Positions 18,877 through 29,516 are shown, numbered from the stretch's first letter. The stretch is 36,431 nt of DNA from Desulfobacterales bacterium (GCA_032127815.1 JAQBHK010000326.1:1-36431), one strand, 5' to 3'. The notes: generated by a model not told the origin, from the sequence alone. Numbers and translations are program-made.

Positions 18877-20400
18877 ATGAAAAAAATCGAAGATATTACC
18901 CTGCTTTATGAAATCAGCAAGGCGCTAAATGAGCATTTGGACCTTAAAAAATCCTTATACAGAGTTTTAGAGATTCTCTCCAGTTCAATGAACATGGTTC
19001 GAGGTACCGTAACCATTTTGCACCCTTTACGCGATGAAATTAACATAGAAGTGGCCCACGGACTTTCCCGGACCGCCATGGAAAAGGGAAAATATAAATT
19101 GGGCGAAGGCATTACCGGGCGGGTTATCCAGACCGGCGAGGCTGTCGCCATACCAAGAATTAGCGAGGAACCGCTTTTTCTTGATCGGACAGCCTCCAGA
19201 AAGTCAAAGTTGGAACAGGAACTATCTTATATATGTGTGCCTGTAAAAAGGGGCAACCAGGTTATCGGAGCATTTAGTGTCGACAAGCCGTATAAGAAAT
19301 CCTATTCCCTGAAAGAAGGGACAAAACTCATGTCTGTGATTGCTACCATGCTTGCACAGCATGTTATCAATCTGGAAACAATCCGCCTGGAAAAGGAGCA
19401 TTTAAGAGAAGAGAATAAAAGACTAAGAAACGAATTGGAAAATCGCTACAGTATTACGGATATTATCGGCAACAGTAACAAAATGCGAGAAGTCTACCAG
19501 ATGATTTCTCAGGTTTCCAAAAGTAATGCTACGGTGCTTGTCCGCGGAGAGAGTGGCACCGGTAAAGAACTTGTTGCCAACTCTATACATTACAATAGCT
19601 CCAGATCAAAAGGTCCTTTTGTCAAAGTTAATTGTGCGGCGCTCCCGACCAATCTCATTGAAAGTGAGCTGTTCGGTCATGAAAAAGGCGCCTTTACCGG
19701 AGCCATCAAACAGAAGCTGGGAAAATTTGAGCTTGCCGACAAAGGAACCATATTCTTAGACGAGATCGGATCTGTCGGCCTTGATGTCCAGGCAAACCTG
19801 CTGCGGGTATTGCAGGAAAAAGAATTTGAACGTGTCGGAGGCCACAAGACCATAAAAACGGATGTTCGTATCATCACCGCCACCAACAAAAACCTGGAAG
19901 AAGCTGTGGAGCAGGAATCCTTCAGGGATGACCTCTATTATCGTCTGAATGTATTTCCCATTTACATGCCGCCGCTAAGAGAACGCAAAACAGATGTTCT
20001 GCTGCTGGCCGACTATTTTCTTGAAAAATACGCCAAAGAAAATCATAAAGATATCAGGCGGTTTTCTACACCTGCGATTGATATGCTCATGGAATACCAC
20101 TGGCCCGGTAATGTGAGAGAACTTGAGAACTGTATCGAACGGGCGGTCCTGTTGTGTGAAGAAAAGGTGATTCACGGTCATCATTTGCCTCCCACACTGC
20201 AAACCGGCACAGAATCAAACTCATTGCCGGCGTTCTCCATGGACGACGCTGTGGCAAATCTTGAAAGAGAAATGATCATCGATGCCCTTAAAAACACGCG
20301 GGGAAATATCAGCTTAGCCTCAGAACTGCTCAAAACAACCGTACGCAAGTTCTCGTATAAGGCCAAAAGACATGGCGTTGATCACCGCCATTATCGTTAA
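18877..20400 (+). CDS. NifA-like sigma54 activator (GAF-AAA-HTH)
   Basis: GAF ([26 protein letters not shown]); GESGTGKE; GAFTGA; [10 protein letters not shown]; C-terminal HTH; no receiver domain. Confidence 0.92.
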   Translation: MKKIEDITLLYEISKALNEHLDLKKSLYRVLEILSSSMNMVRGTVTILHPLRDEINIEVAHGLSRTAMEKGKYKLGEGITGRVIQTGEAVAIPRISEEPLFLDRTASRKSKLEQELSYICVPVKRGNQVIGAFSVDKPYKKSYSLKEGTKLMSVIATMLAQHVINLETIRLEKEHLREENKRLRNELENRYSITDIIGNSNKMREVYQMISQVSKSNATVLVRGESGTGKELVANSIHYNSSRSKGPFVKVNCAALPTNLIESELFGHEKGAFTGAIKQKLGKFELADKGTIFLDEIGSVGLDVQANLLRVLQEKEFERVGGHKTIKTDVRIITATNKNLEEAVEQESFRDDLYYRLNVFPIYMPPLRERKTDVLLLADYFLEKYAKENHKDIRRFSTPAIDMLMEYHWPGNVRELENCIERAVLLCEEKVIHGHHLPPTLQTGTESNSLPAFSMDDAVANLEREMIIDALKNTRGNISLASELLKTTVRKFSYKAKRHGVDHRHYR

Positions 20401-20429
20401 TCCATATTTCTCATGAAAGCGAGGAATCA

Positions 20430-20534
20430 ATGCATTTAGAAAAGTTGCGAGTGGCATCGGGAGTCAGCCAACTGGACCACCTGTTAGGCGGGCTCTATAT
20501 CGGAGATAACGTCGTCTACATCCCATCCTTTTGA
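20430..20534 (+). pseudogene. 5' stub of a RecA/KaiC-like ATPase-domain gene
   Basis: GAGGA RBS + ATG 20430: MHLEKLRVASGVSQLDHLLGGLYIGDNVV-YIPSF*; SGxxxLDxLLGG is the N-terminal signature of RecA/KaiC/RadA-like folds; it runs into the 3' end of the convergent gene. Confidence 0.7.
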
Positions 20535-20861
20535 AGACAGATAATCCCGATGTTCAGGTTTGATAACATACGTTTCGGCATTCAGTATTTTTCCCCCTTG
20601 AGTCTCTGTCTGTATCGGAGTCCGCCGATACAAATCGCCTTCGAATATATCCAGCCGCGCCAATGACGGTTCATCCACATCAAAATAGACAATCCCTTCC
20701 GTGACTGCATCTGTTACCGGGGTAATACCCGGATAAGATGCTCCTTTGACCGTAAAACGGGCATAGCCTCTTAGTATCGCGTCGATAAAACGAAACTCAC
20801 GGGTTGTAACGGCATACATTACATCAGGTATCATTAAGGTTCCGTAGGTAAATATGTTCAT
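20484..20861 (-). CDS. Gamma-glutamylcyclotransferase (AIG2-like) family protein; C-terminus possibly replaced
   Basis: IFTYGTLM, YPGI, LDIFEGDLYRR motifs. Confidence 0.85.
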   Translation of the reverse strand: MNIFTYGTLMIPDVMYAVTTREFRFIDAILRGYARFTVKGASYPGITPVTDAVTEGIVYFDVDEPSLARLDIFEGDLYRRTPIQTETQGGKILNAETYVIKPEHRDYLSSKGWDVDDVISDIEPA

Positions 20862-20934
20862 ATCCGAATTTTTGCTTTATCCGCCTGGATCTTTAGGTAT
20901 CAATTTACAACGAAAAAGTTCCAGTAAAACGATC

Positions 20935-20980
20935 TTGACATTTTGTGTTTTTACGCATAAATTGTGCGTAAAAACACAAA
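20935..20980 (+). promoter_or_regulatory. Sigma70 promoter overlapped by a perfect 16-bp inverted repeat (TA operator)
   Basis: TTGACA-17 bp-TAAATT; tttgtgtttttacgca-N7-tgcgtaaaaacacaaa. Confidence 0.82.
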
Positions 20981-20989
20981 GGACCAATC

Positions 20990-21220
20990 ATGAAAACTAC
21001 CACAGTCGGAGAAATCCAAAAAAATTTCGCTAAAGTATTAAAAAATATCAACGCCGGTGAAGAAATAACCGTTACCAAAAGAGGCAAACCCGTGGCTAAA
21101 ATAACGTCTCTAGGGCCCAAAAGCAATATTAACTGGCCGGATTTTTACAATGAGGCGATTGAGCTTGAAGGCAAACCTGTAAGTGAGATCATCGTTGAAG
21201 ACAGACAGGATAGATTCTAA
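20990..21220 (+). CDS. Type II antitoxin, Phd/YefM family
   Basis: MKTTTVGEIQKNFAKVL...GEEITVTKRGKPVAKI. Confidence 0.9.
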   Translation: MKTTTVGEIQKNFAKVLKNINAGEEITVTKRGKPVAKITSLGPKSNINWPDFYNEAIELEGKPVSEIIVEDRQDRF

Positions 21221-21658
21221 GTGCTATACGCAGATACCAGCATAATTGTTAAACTCTATATTAAAGAAAAGCATTCTCTTGAGGTTGCTAATTGGCTTAG
21301 AAAAAACAATGAAGCTATCCCTTTAACACGTTTTCATGAGCTTGAGTTTACGAATGCGATCTTTTTGAAACAGTTCAGGATGGAAATAACAGATAATCAG
21401 ATCCGGCTAACTCTGGCAAAATTCAGCGAACACAAGACCCGGGGTGTTTATTATTATCCGCAGATTAACTGGACGGATACATTAAACCTTGCCATTGATT
21501 TGGCCCATAATAATACGGCAAATACAGGATCAAGATCCTTGGATATTATACATGTTGCATCGGCTTTAGCGCTGAAAGCAAATCGGTTTCTAACTCTCGA
21601 TGACAGGCAATCCGAACTGGCTTCTATGGTCGGTCTAAAGGTAGTGAACTGCAATTAA
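21221..21658 (+). CDS. vapC: Type II toxin, VapC/PIN domain
   Basis: YADTSIIVKLY, ELEF, RSLDIIHVASA, FLTLDDRQ; directly follows the antitoxin stop. Confidence 0.9.
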   Translation: MLYADTSIIVKLYIKEKHSLEVANWLRKNNEAIPLTRFHELEFTNAIFLKQFRMEITDNQIRLTLAKFSEHKTRGVYYYPQINWTDTLNLAIDLAHNNTANTGSRSLDIIHVASALALKANRFLTLDDRQSELASMVGLKVVNCN

Positions 21659-21935
21659 TCCGAATTAAATATGTCTTTCCTACTTGCCGGCCCCCGCGGG
21701 CAACAAGGGGTTTGCGTTGCGGGCTTGATCTCCAGACATTAAGATCTTCCGAGGCAAAACAATACATTTTATGTTTTTTTAGCGGGTAATTATGTCGTTA
21801 TTTATGATATTTTAATGGGTTGTTATTTTATATAAATGTTATTTATAGGGGTATATTAGAATAAGATAGAACGCATATCAAATAAAAGCGGAAGGGAAAA
21901 AGGACAAATGTCAACTGTTATTCACAATTAAAGAA

Positions 21936-21988
21936 CCCTGCAGCCCCGCCCTGGCGGGACGGGGAATGCGCTCGCTGTTGCAATTCAA
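21936..21988. repeat. REP-like or IS200/IS605-end-like GC hairpin
   Basis: ccccg-ccctggcggga-cgggg hairpin followed by ...ttcaa; no transposase nearby. Confidence 0.35.
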
Positions 21989-22036
21989 GCTTTGCCCCTT
22001 TCCCTTCCCGCACCGTAAGTGCAAGGCGCTATGTTG

Positions 22037-22120
22037 TTGCAAATTGGAAGCTGTGGTTCCAATTTGCAATACAAATAGCTTGACTTTCCGTAAATTGGAA
22101 GTTATGGTTCCAATATGCAA
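22037..22120 (+). promoter_or_regulatory. Two 33-bp palindromic operators and the sigma70 promoter of the AAA ATPase gene
   Basis: ttgcaaattggaa-N7-ttccaatttgcaa (22037-22069, perfect) and ccgtaaattggaa-N7-ttccaatatgcaa (22088-22120); TTGACT-17 bp-TATGGT. Confidence 0.75.
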
Positions 22121-23272
22121 AATTATGTTCCGCGTGCAATCACCGAAAAAATACAATTCAAGCTCCGGACCATGCCGGCTGTGGCGATCCTCGGCCCGCG
22201 GCAGTGCGGCAAAACCACATTAGCCCAAGAGATGATTGCCGATTCAGACCGTGCCGTCTACCTGGATTTAGAGCGCCGTGCCGATCTAAACAAGCTGCGG
22301 GACCCGGAGGCCTTTTTTAATCTCAATGCCGACAAGCTTATCTGCCTGGATGAAATCCAACGCCTGCCGGAGGTGTTTGCGGAGATGCGGTCAAAAATCG
22401 ACCGCCATGGGGACAACGGGCAGTTTTTGATCCTGGGTTCGGCATCTCCCGATCTTATCAAACAAACCTCCGAAACGCTGGCGGGTCGAATAGCATTTAT
22501 CGAATTGACGCCGTTTTTGCTGAAAGAAATTAATGTGGCGGAACCCTTGCAAATTCAGCGAACCTTATGGTTGCGGGGAGGATTTCCGCGCAGTTTTCTG
22601 GCGAATAATGAAATAAACAGTTACGAGTGGCGTCTGGATTTTGTCCGTACCTTTCTCGAACGAGATATTCCTCAGTTGGGAATTAATATACCGGCTCGCA
22701 GAATCGAGCGTTTCTGGCAGATGTGCGCTCATATTCACGGACAACTTTTAAACCGCTCCAGTCTCGGTGAGTCGCTGGGCGTCAGCCACCATACCGTCAA
22801 CTCGTATGTCGCGTTGCTGGAGCAGACGTATCTATTGCGCGTGCTTGAACCATATTATGCCAACTTAAAAAAGCGCTTGGTTAAATCTCCCAAAATCTAT
22901 CTGAGAGATACCGGGCTGCTGCATGCGCTGCTGGATATCAAAACCCATAACGATCTTCTGGGTCATCCGGTTTACGGCGCATCCTGGGAGGGCTTTGTGA
23001 TTGAAAATATTGCGGCGGCATATCCTGATTGGAAGCAGTATTTTTATCGCAGCGCGGCCGGGGCGGAGATTGATCTTATACTTGAAAAGGGCCGGCAACG
23101 CCTTGCGATTGAGATCAAGGCTTCGACTTCTCCCGAAGTCAAACGCAGTTTCTGGAATGCATTAAACGACTTGCAGATTGACAAGGCCTGGATTGTTGCA
23201 CCGGTAGAGTCGGCATATCCTTATAAACAAGGGGTTCAGGTGGTTTCGCCGCATATGTTGGACCTAAATTGA
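22115..23272 (+). CDS. AAA+ ATPase with DUF4143 (HTH and PD-(D/E)xK-like C-terminus)
   Basis: GPRQCGKT, LDEIQ, ILGSAS, ETLAGR, RGGFP, KSPKIYLRDTG, EIDLIL...IEIK. Confidence 0.92.
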   Translation: MQNYVPRAITEKIQFKLRTMPAVAILGPRQCGKTTLAQEMIADSDRAVYLDLERRADLNKLRDPEAFFNLNADKLICLDEIQRLPEVFAEMRSKIDRHGDNGQFLILGSASPDLIKQTSETLAGRIAFIELTPFLLKEINVAEPLQIQRTLWLRGGFPRSFLANNEINSYEWRLDFVRTFLERDIPQLGINIPARRIERFWQMCAHIHGQLLNRSSLGESLGVSHHTVNSYVALLEQTYLLRVLEPYYANLKKRLVKSPKIYLRDTGLLHALLDIKTHNDLLGHPVYGASWEGFVIENIAAAYPDWKQYFYRSAAGAEIDLILEKGRQRLAIEIKASTSPEVKRSFWNALNDLQIDKAWIVAPVESAYPYKQGVQVVSPHMLDLN

Positions 23273-23512
23273 GCGATTCAAATTGAGCCAAAGAAATGTA
23301 AAGAATACTGGCTAAAGGACCAGGTTTTTCAGGACATAATAAAGCCTTAGGTATCTTTTGGGTATCTCAGAGGGGGGATAGACATTTTTATTTCTGGCTT
23401 AGCTTTCCAGTCATACAATATCTGATTCAACAACCATCCCGCTAAGAAGAAGATCTTAATTCTTGATTACTTGGGGGCCGCTCTTTTTCTAATAACCATA
23501 CTGGTATGTAAG

Positions 23513-23546
23513 GCAACAGCCCACTGATTTCTCAGCGGGCTGTTGC
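23513..23546. terminator. Stem-loop just downstream of glnA (probable terminator)
   Basis: gcaacagccc-actgatttctcagc-gggctgttgc, 13 nt after the glnA stop. Confidence 0.65.
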
Positions 23547-23559
23547 TGTTTTAGGGAGG

Positions 23560-24972
23560 CTATATGTCGAAATACAAGAAAAATTCGTGGGGATGCGGCC
23601 GCAGTTTGACGGCATTGACTTCATTTTTAATCTTGTATTCGATCCAGGTGTCGATGACATCTTTGGTAAAGACATCGCCTTTGAGAAGGAAATCATGGTC
23701 TGCTTGCAAGGCTGCGAGTGCTTCTTCCAGCGAGCCCGGTGCAGAGGGTATTTCTGCCAGTTCTTCGGGCGGCAGCCCGTAAATGTCTTTGTCAAGGGGA
23801 TCGCCGGGATTGATCTTGTTCTCGATACCATCAATAACCGCCATGAGCATGGCTGAAAATGCGATATAGCCGTTGCAGGACGGATCAGGAGTTCTGAACT
23901 CTATCCGTTTGGCCTTGGGTGACGCCGAGTACATGGGGATCCGAATCGCCGCGCTGCGGTTGCGACTGGAGTAAGCCAGATTAACCGGGGCCTCAAAGCC
24001 GGGTACCAGTCGCTTGTAAGAGTTGGTCGTCGGGTTGGTAATGGCACACAAAGCCCTGGCATGTTTTAGAATTCCGCCAATGGCATACAGCGCCTCCTGT
24101 GATACGCCGGCATACTTGTCACCGGCAAAAAGCGGCTTTCCTTCTTTCCAGATACTGATATGGGTGTGCATACCGCTGCCGTTGTCGTTAAAAAGAGGTT
24201 TGGGCATGAACGTGACGGTATGATTGTATTTATTGGCCACGTTTTTAAGCACATACTTGAACCATATAAGTTGGTCGCCCATCTGCAGTAGCGGTTTGAA
24301 CACCATATCGATCTCGGCTTGGCCGGCGGTGGCGACCTCGTGGTGCTGGCATTCGACATCTATACCCAGATCTTCCAGGGTCAGAAGCATTTCAGTCCGC
24401 ATATCCTGATATTTGTCCATAGGCGGAACCGGAAAGTAGCCCTCTTTATGGCGCGGCTTATACCCTAAGTTGGGGCCTTCATCCCGACCGGAGTTCCAAA
24501 CACCTTCAAGTGAATCTATGGCATAAAATGCCCGGTTATTGGCAGATTCAAAACGGATGTCATTAAAGATGAAAAATTCAGCTTCCGGGCCAAAATAAGC
24601 TACATCGCCGATCCCGCTGCGCTTTAGGTATGCTTCGGCCTTTTGGGCAATATTGCGTGGATCGCGCGTATACGACTCCCGCGTAATCGGGTCAACGATG
24701 TTTCCAATCAAAACCAAAGTCGGGACTTCAAAGAATGGATCCATTTTAGCGGTGGTGGCGTCCGGCACCACCAGCATGTCGCTGGCGTGGATCGGCTGCC
24801 AACCGCGAATGCTGGAGCCGTCAAAACCGTATCCGTCTTCAAAGTTCGATTCAGTCAGTTCGCTTAAAGGCACCGTAAAATGCTGCCACACGCCCGGAAA
24901 ATCCATAAAGCGTAAATCTACAACCCGGGCGCCCTTTTCTTTTGCCATTTCCAATACGTCTTTTGGTGTCAT
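23560..24972 (-). CDS. glnA: Glutamine synthetase type I
   Basis: [52 protein letters not shown], adenylylation region DKDIY; GAGGAGG RBS. Confidence 0.98.
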   Translation of the reverse strand: MTPKDVLEMAKEKGARVVDLRFMDFPGVWQHFTVPLSELTESNFEDGYGFDGSSIRGWQPIHASDMLVVPDATTAKMDPFFEVPTLVLIGNIVDPITRESYTRDPRNIAQKAEAYLKRSGIGDVAYFGPEAEFFIFNDIRFESANNRAFYAIDSLEGVWNSGRDEGPNLGYKPRHKEGYFPVPPMDKYQDMRTEMLLTLEDLGIDVECQHHEVATAGQAEIDMVFKPLLQMGDQLIWFKYVLKNVANKYNHTVTFMPKPLFNDNGSGMHTHISIWKEGKPLFAGDKYAGVSQEALYAIGGILKHARALCAITNPTTNSYKRLVPGFEAPVNLAYSSRNRSAAIRIPMYSASPKAKRIEFRTPDPSCNGYIAFSAMLMAVIDGIENKINPGDPLDKDIYGLPPEELAEIPSAPGSLEEALAALQADHDFLLKGDVFTKDVIDTWIEYKIKNEVNAVKLRPHPHEFFLYFDI

Positions 24973-25009
24973 TATCATTCCTCCTCGTTAATAATTAAAG
25001 ATTAGTAAA

Positions 25010-25140
25010 TATGGTCTCGCAAAAAGTCAGAAAAGCGACCTTTTAGCGAAAGTATTTTGTATTTAGTGTTTAGTGGTTGGCGATCAAACAAAACACAAAA
25101 TACTAAACACCAAATGAATTCCCCTTTTTATGAATTCATC
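25010..25140. repeat. Degenerate MITE-like element with an internal 7-mer periodic inverted repeat, between the PII gene and glnA
   Basis: Imperfect terminal IR atggtctcgcaaaaag / ctttttatgaattcat; internal gtatttt gtattta gtgttta ... aaaacac aaaatac taaacac. Confidence 0.5.
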
Positions 25141-25144
25141 AATT

Positions 25145-25546
<402 letters not shown>

Positions 25547-25551
25547 TTACA

Positions 25552-26268
25552 TCAGTCGATTTCAAATGCCCGTTCACCGTGAATAGTGTTGTCCAGACCC
25601 ATAACTTCATTCTCTTCATCCACTCTCAGCCCGCCGGTGATAAACTTGGTGATATAAATCACAATGAGGGTTCCGACCGCGGAATAGGCAGCAGTGGCAA
25701 TGATGGATAGGGCCTGTATCCCAAGCTGTTTGGGATTCCCATAAAACAAACCTTTGGCGCTTTCGGTGATGGCCGGATTGGCAAAAAGGCCGGTTGCCAG
25801 GGCACCCCAGATACCGCACACGCCGTGCACACCGAACGCATCCAGAGAATCGTCATAACCGAGTTTATGTTTAAGCACGGATACACTGTAAAAGCCCATA
25901 ACACTCGCAACCAGGCCGATCACCAGGGAAGCTTTCAAATCCACAAATCCTGCTGCCGGCGTGATCGCCACCAGTCCGGCAACAACCCCCGAAGCGATCC
26001 CCAATACCGTCGGTTTTTTACTGACCAACCATTCGGCAAACATCCACGCCAGGGCTCCCATGGCAGCGGAAGTGTTGGTAACCATAAACGCCGAGGCGGC
26101 CACACCGTCTGCGGCCAGTTCGCTGCCGGCGTTGAAACCGAACCAACCGAACCATAACAATGCGGCTCCCAGGGCGGTCAGGGATATACTGGACGGGAAC
26201 ATGGCTTCCTTGCCGTATCCGATGCGTTTACCTAAGACCAAAGAGAGCATTAAACCAATCTTTTTCAT
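25552..26268 (-). pseudogene. Ammonium transporter with the N-terminal half deleted in frame
   Basis: MKKIGLMLS joins directly to LVLGKR...LLWFGWFGFNAGS...YDDSLDAFGVHG; lacks the FQxxFA and DFAG..VVH region present in the full Amt. Confidence 0.8.
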
Positions 26269-26326
26269 TTGAATTCATTCCCCCTTGATGCTGATCCATT
26301 CCAAAATGGCGAAGCATATTAATAAA

Positions 26327-28978
26327 TTATTTGTTATAGGACTTTGCAGGATTGGTGCCCGGCAAAACCTCTTCAATGGTTGCTTGAATGCCCGCCACCT
26401 GATCCGGTGAATCGACCTTTTGTCCGTCAAAATCCCTGACATAAAAGACATCCACAACCTGATCAGCTTTTGTAGCGATTTTTGCTACCCATACGTCAAG
26501 TTTGCACCTGAAAAATGCATCTGTAATATAGTAAAGAAGTCCCGGAAAATCGTAAGTAAATACCTCAATAATGGTAAAAAAACTGGAGCTGGTATTATCC
26601 ACAACAATACGATGAGGTTTTTCCCCCTTTGGGCGCCTTGCGGATCGAAAACCAGATATTTTGTTGTCCAATTCCACCGTGAGATCCAGCCCGCCCGACA
26701 GAGCGGATTGGAGATGTTTATGTATTTGCTCCCACTTTTCGGCTTCAAAGATCTGATCCGGAGGTGGTTTGACTTCAAAGATATCAAGGGCGATATTATT
26801 CCGCCATGTAAACACCTGTACATTGAGGATATCGAGACTATTCAGGGTAAATGTTCCTGCTATCTTTGAAATCAGCCCGGGGCGGTCTTTGGCACAGATG
26901 GTAACCATCCTTGTGTCGGAGTCGGGCACACGCTCAATGCTCCAGACAAAATCAGCCGTACCCATATTTTTGTAAAGCTCGATATGTTCAAGAATATCGT
27001 CATCCGAAGTATAATGAATGTATCGCGGTGACATAAAATTAAAGAGTGTTTCTCGCTCCCGCTGGGCCTGTACCTCACTTACTGAATCCAGAATTTTTGC
27101 TTTTTTCTTTTCAACAACTTCAACAGCTTCACTGGTGGCCAGTTCCCCTTTTTCCAGAATACTAAGGACTTTGAAGAATAGGTCCCTCAAAAGAACTGCG
27201 GTCCAGTCGTTCCAAGCTTTGGGCCCGGTGGCAATGGAGTCGGCAACGGTAAGAAGGTATAGCCTTTTCAAACGATTACTGTTTTTTATTTTCCGGGCAC
27301 ATAATATAGCGGTCTCTTCGTCATGGATATTCCTGCGGGTTGCTGTTTTAATCAGCAGCAGATGCTCTTTAACGAGAAATGAAATCTCTTCAATCTCTTC
27401 AGCCGGGTACTTTTTCTTTGAAAGTACCGAGCGCACAATATTTGCTCCTTTTTGGGAATGGTTTCCCCCGGGTTTACCTTTGCCGATATCGTGCAAAAGC
27501 GCCGCCCAGAGCAAAAGCTTTCTGTTTTTAAGCTGCATATAAAGATCATGGCCTAACGGGTCTTTTGAGATACTCTCGGATGTGCTGAATTTTTTTATGG
27601 TATGAACCGTCCGCAGCGAATGCCTGTCCACCGGATAGAGATGGTATTCATCATACTGTATGCGGTTAATGATTCCTTTGATTTCCGGTATAAACCGCTC
27701 CAGAAAACCGGTATTTAACATGTCATTGAGCACATTGAATGTCGGAGCCGGAGTGACTAAAATCCGTTCAAATGATTTGACATTTAAAGCCGAAGATGAA
27801 AATTCCTTGTTTACAAGATAAATAAATTCTCTAACGAGCCGCCTGGCCTCGGCACTTAACGGAACTTCTAAGCGTGCGCTTTCTTCAAATATTTTCATCA
27901 AAAGATCCGGAACCTTCACGATTTGCTCAGGGGAAGCAAAATTGAGCATCCTCTCTTCCGTTACCACCAGGCCACTTACTCCTGTATGCTTTCTGACCTT
28001 TTTTTTGCGCTTTGAATTTCCTGTATAACCCAGTTCATATAGGAACATCAGATGCTGCTGTTTTAAAAATTCCATATGGCCGTGAAGCTCGCTTAAAAAT
28101 CTTTCCACCGGCTGCTGCCCATCCCTTTTTTGGTACTTTAAGGCATCGGCCATCTTAATCTGGTACTCAAAATAAAGCTGATCACACTTTCTGCCGGCTA
28201 AATGGTGCAGGCAGTTCCTTACATTTCTAATGAACCGCAACGCCTCGCGCAACCGTTGAAACTCGTCCTGAGAAATATAGCCGTGATACTCAAGATCTCT
28301 GAACTGTCTAATATCTGATTTTATGCGGGCAAGCCAAAACATGGTGTGAAAATCCCGCAGCCCTCCCTGGCCTTCCTTGATGTTGGGTTCAAGCAGATAG
28401 GCAGAATCTCCAAAATAGGTATGTCGCCGATAGTTGTCTGCAACCAGCCGGCTTATGATCTGTTGTGATTTTTTGCGTGCCACTTTTTTGCGAAGCTGAT
28501 CCATAAGCTCTAAATATAAAAGCGACATACCGCATATGAATCTGGCATCCAGAACAGACGTCAACACTTCAATTTCCTTACCGGCCAGATTTACACATTC
28601 CTTAATGGATCGAGTGGCATAGCCGACATCAAGACCGATGTCCCACAATGGGTAAATAATCTCACGGACAAGTTCTTCAGCCTCGTCGGGAACCCTTTTT
28701 CCAAAAAGAAAAAGCAGATCTACATCCGAATAAATGCATTGCTCCTGCCTGCCATAACCGCCCAGGGCAATAATTGCATAAGGATTTTTGCTAAGACCCA
28801 TATGAGGACCGATGCGGCTAATCGCAAAACTTTCACGAAAATAATCGTCTAAAAAGCAAGCGTGCTCTCGGGGGAAGTCGGGGGCCTCCCCGCTGATAAA
28901 ACTAGAGATCAGCGCTTCCCGTTTTTCCTGAAGCACTTTTGAGATGGATTGTTTTTCAGTTTTTGTGTCAGTTTGCAT
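26327..28978 (-). CDS. glnD: [Protein-PII] uridylyltransferase/uridylyl-removing enzyme
   Basis: ALGGYGR...SDVDLLFL, EPNIKEGQGGLRD, YHLYPVDRH, LLHDIGKG, two ACT domains (DRPGL, DFPGLL). Confidence 0.97.
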   Translation of the reverse strand: MQTDTKTEKQSISKVLQEKREALISSFISGEAPDFPREHACFLDDYFRESFAISRIGPHMGLSKNPYAIIALGGYGRQEQCIYSDVDLLFLFGKRVPDEAEELVREIIYPLWDIGLDVGYATRSIKECVNLAGKEIEVLTSVLDARFICGMSLLYLELMDQLRKKVARKKSQQIISRLVADNYRRHTYFGDSAYLLEPNIKEGQGGLRDFHTMFWLARIKSDIRQFRDLEYHGYISQDEFQRLREALRFIRNVRNCLHHLAGRKCDQLYFEYQIKMADALKYQKRDGQQPVERFLSELHGHMEFLKQQHLMFLYELGYTGNSKRKKKVRKHTGVSGLVVTEERMLNFASPEQIVKVPDLLMKIFEESARLEVPLSAEARRLVREFIYLVNKEFSSSALNVKSFERILVTPAPTFNVLNDMLNTGFLERFIPEIKGIINRIQYDEYHLYPVDRHSLRTVHTIKKFSTSESISKDPLGHDLYMQLKNRKLLLWAALLHDIGKGKPGGNHSQKGANIVRSVLSKKKYPAEEIEEISFLVKEHLLLIKTATRRNIHDEETAILCARKIKNSNRLKRLYLLTVADSIATGPKAWNDWTAVLLRDLFFKVLSILEKGELATSEAVEVVEKKKAKILDSVSEVQAQRERETLFNFMSPRYIHYTSDDDILEHIELYKNMGTADFVWSIERVPDSDTRMVTICAKDRPGLISKIAGTFTLNSLDILNVQVFTWRNNIALDIFEVKPPPDQIFEAEKWEQIHKHLQSALSGGLDLTVELDNKISGFRSARRPKGEKPHRIVVDNTSSSFFTIIEVFTYDFPGLLYYITDAFFRCKLDVWVAKIATKADQVVDVFYVRDFDGQKVDSPDQVAGIQATIEEVLPGTNPAKSYNK

Positions 28979-29079
28979 CAACGCCCTACCTCAATTGAGG
29001 TTATATTTTTTTCCATGACCATAACTTCTAAATGTCCCAGGGGCATGTTTAGGGATAAAAACATTTATCTTGTTGGTAA

Positions 29080-29095
29080 CGCAATAGTCGTGCCA
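29080..29095 (-). promoter_or_regulatory. Sigma54 promoter upstream of glnD
   Basis: Minus strand TGGCACGACTATTGCG. Confidence 0.85.
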
Positions 29096-29171
29096 CAATG
29101 CTGTAAAATTGATTTAATAATATTTGCAATATGTTATGGTGAAAAAAGAGTACTCGTCAAAAAAAATGGGT

Positions 29172-29214
29172 GACATTTTTGTAAAAACAGGCTCTAGTAT
29201 ATTACATAAATGTA
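29172..29214. promoter_or_regulatory. Two putative activator sites upstream of the glnD promoter
   Basis: GACA-tttt-TGTA (29172) and TACA-taaa-TGTA (29203), 31 bp apart. Confidence 0.65.
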
Positions 29215-29284
29215 AGCATAGGCTCTTGATTGCAGATAAAATTTGATGAATTCGTAATACCAAATACAAACACAAGAAGCTTGG

Positions 29285-29322
29285 CGTGTCTGCCGGCGAC
29301 AACGTTGTCGCCGGCAGACACG
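29285..29322. repeat. Perfect 38-bp palindrome
   Basis: cgtgtctgccggcgacaac|gttgtcgccggcagacacg. Confidence 0.85.
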
Positions 29323-29516
29323 GATTAATGTGGATTGTGCCCTGGGGCCACGCCTTTATGGCCGCAAGACACGGCCTCGGCTTGTTTCCATTACTGCCTC
29401 TAAAATATCTGCAATTACCGATTTCATCGCAACTGCACGTAAAAGATCCCGTCGTCGGGGTTGAGCTTGCGAAATCCCGCTACCGGAGGTGCAGGGCGGT
29501 AAGCAGGTTTTAGGTG

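Noticed and set aside
18877-20400. Calling this gene nifA / nitrogen fixation
   Set aside because: No nif genes in the window and no TGT-N10-ACA sites noticed at the sigma54 promoters; only the architecture is shared
22037-22120. Two 33-bp repeats as a mini CRISPR array
   Set aside because: Only two copies, an 18-bp gap, overlap with promoter and start codon, and no cas genes
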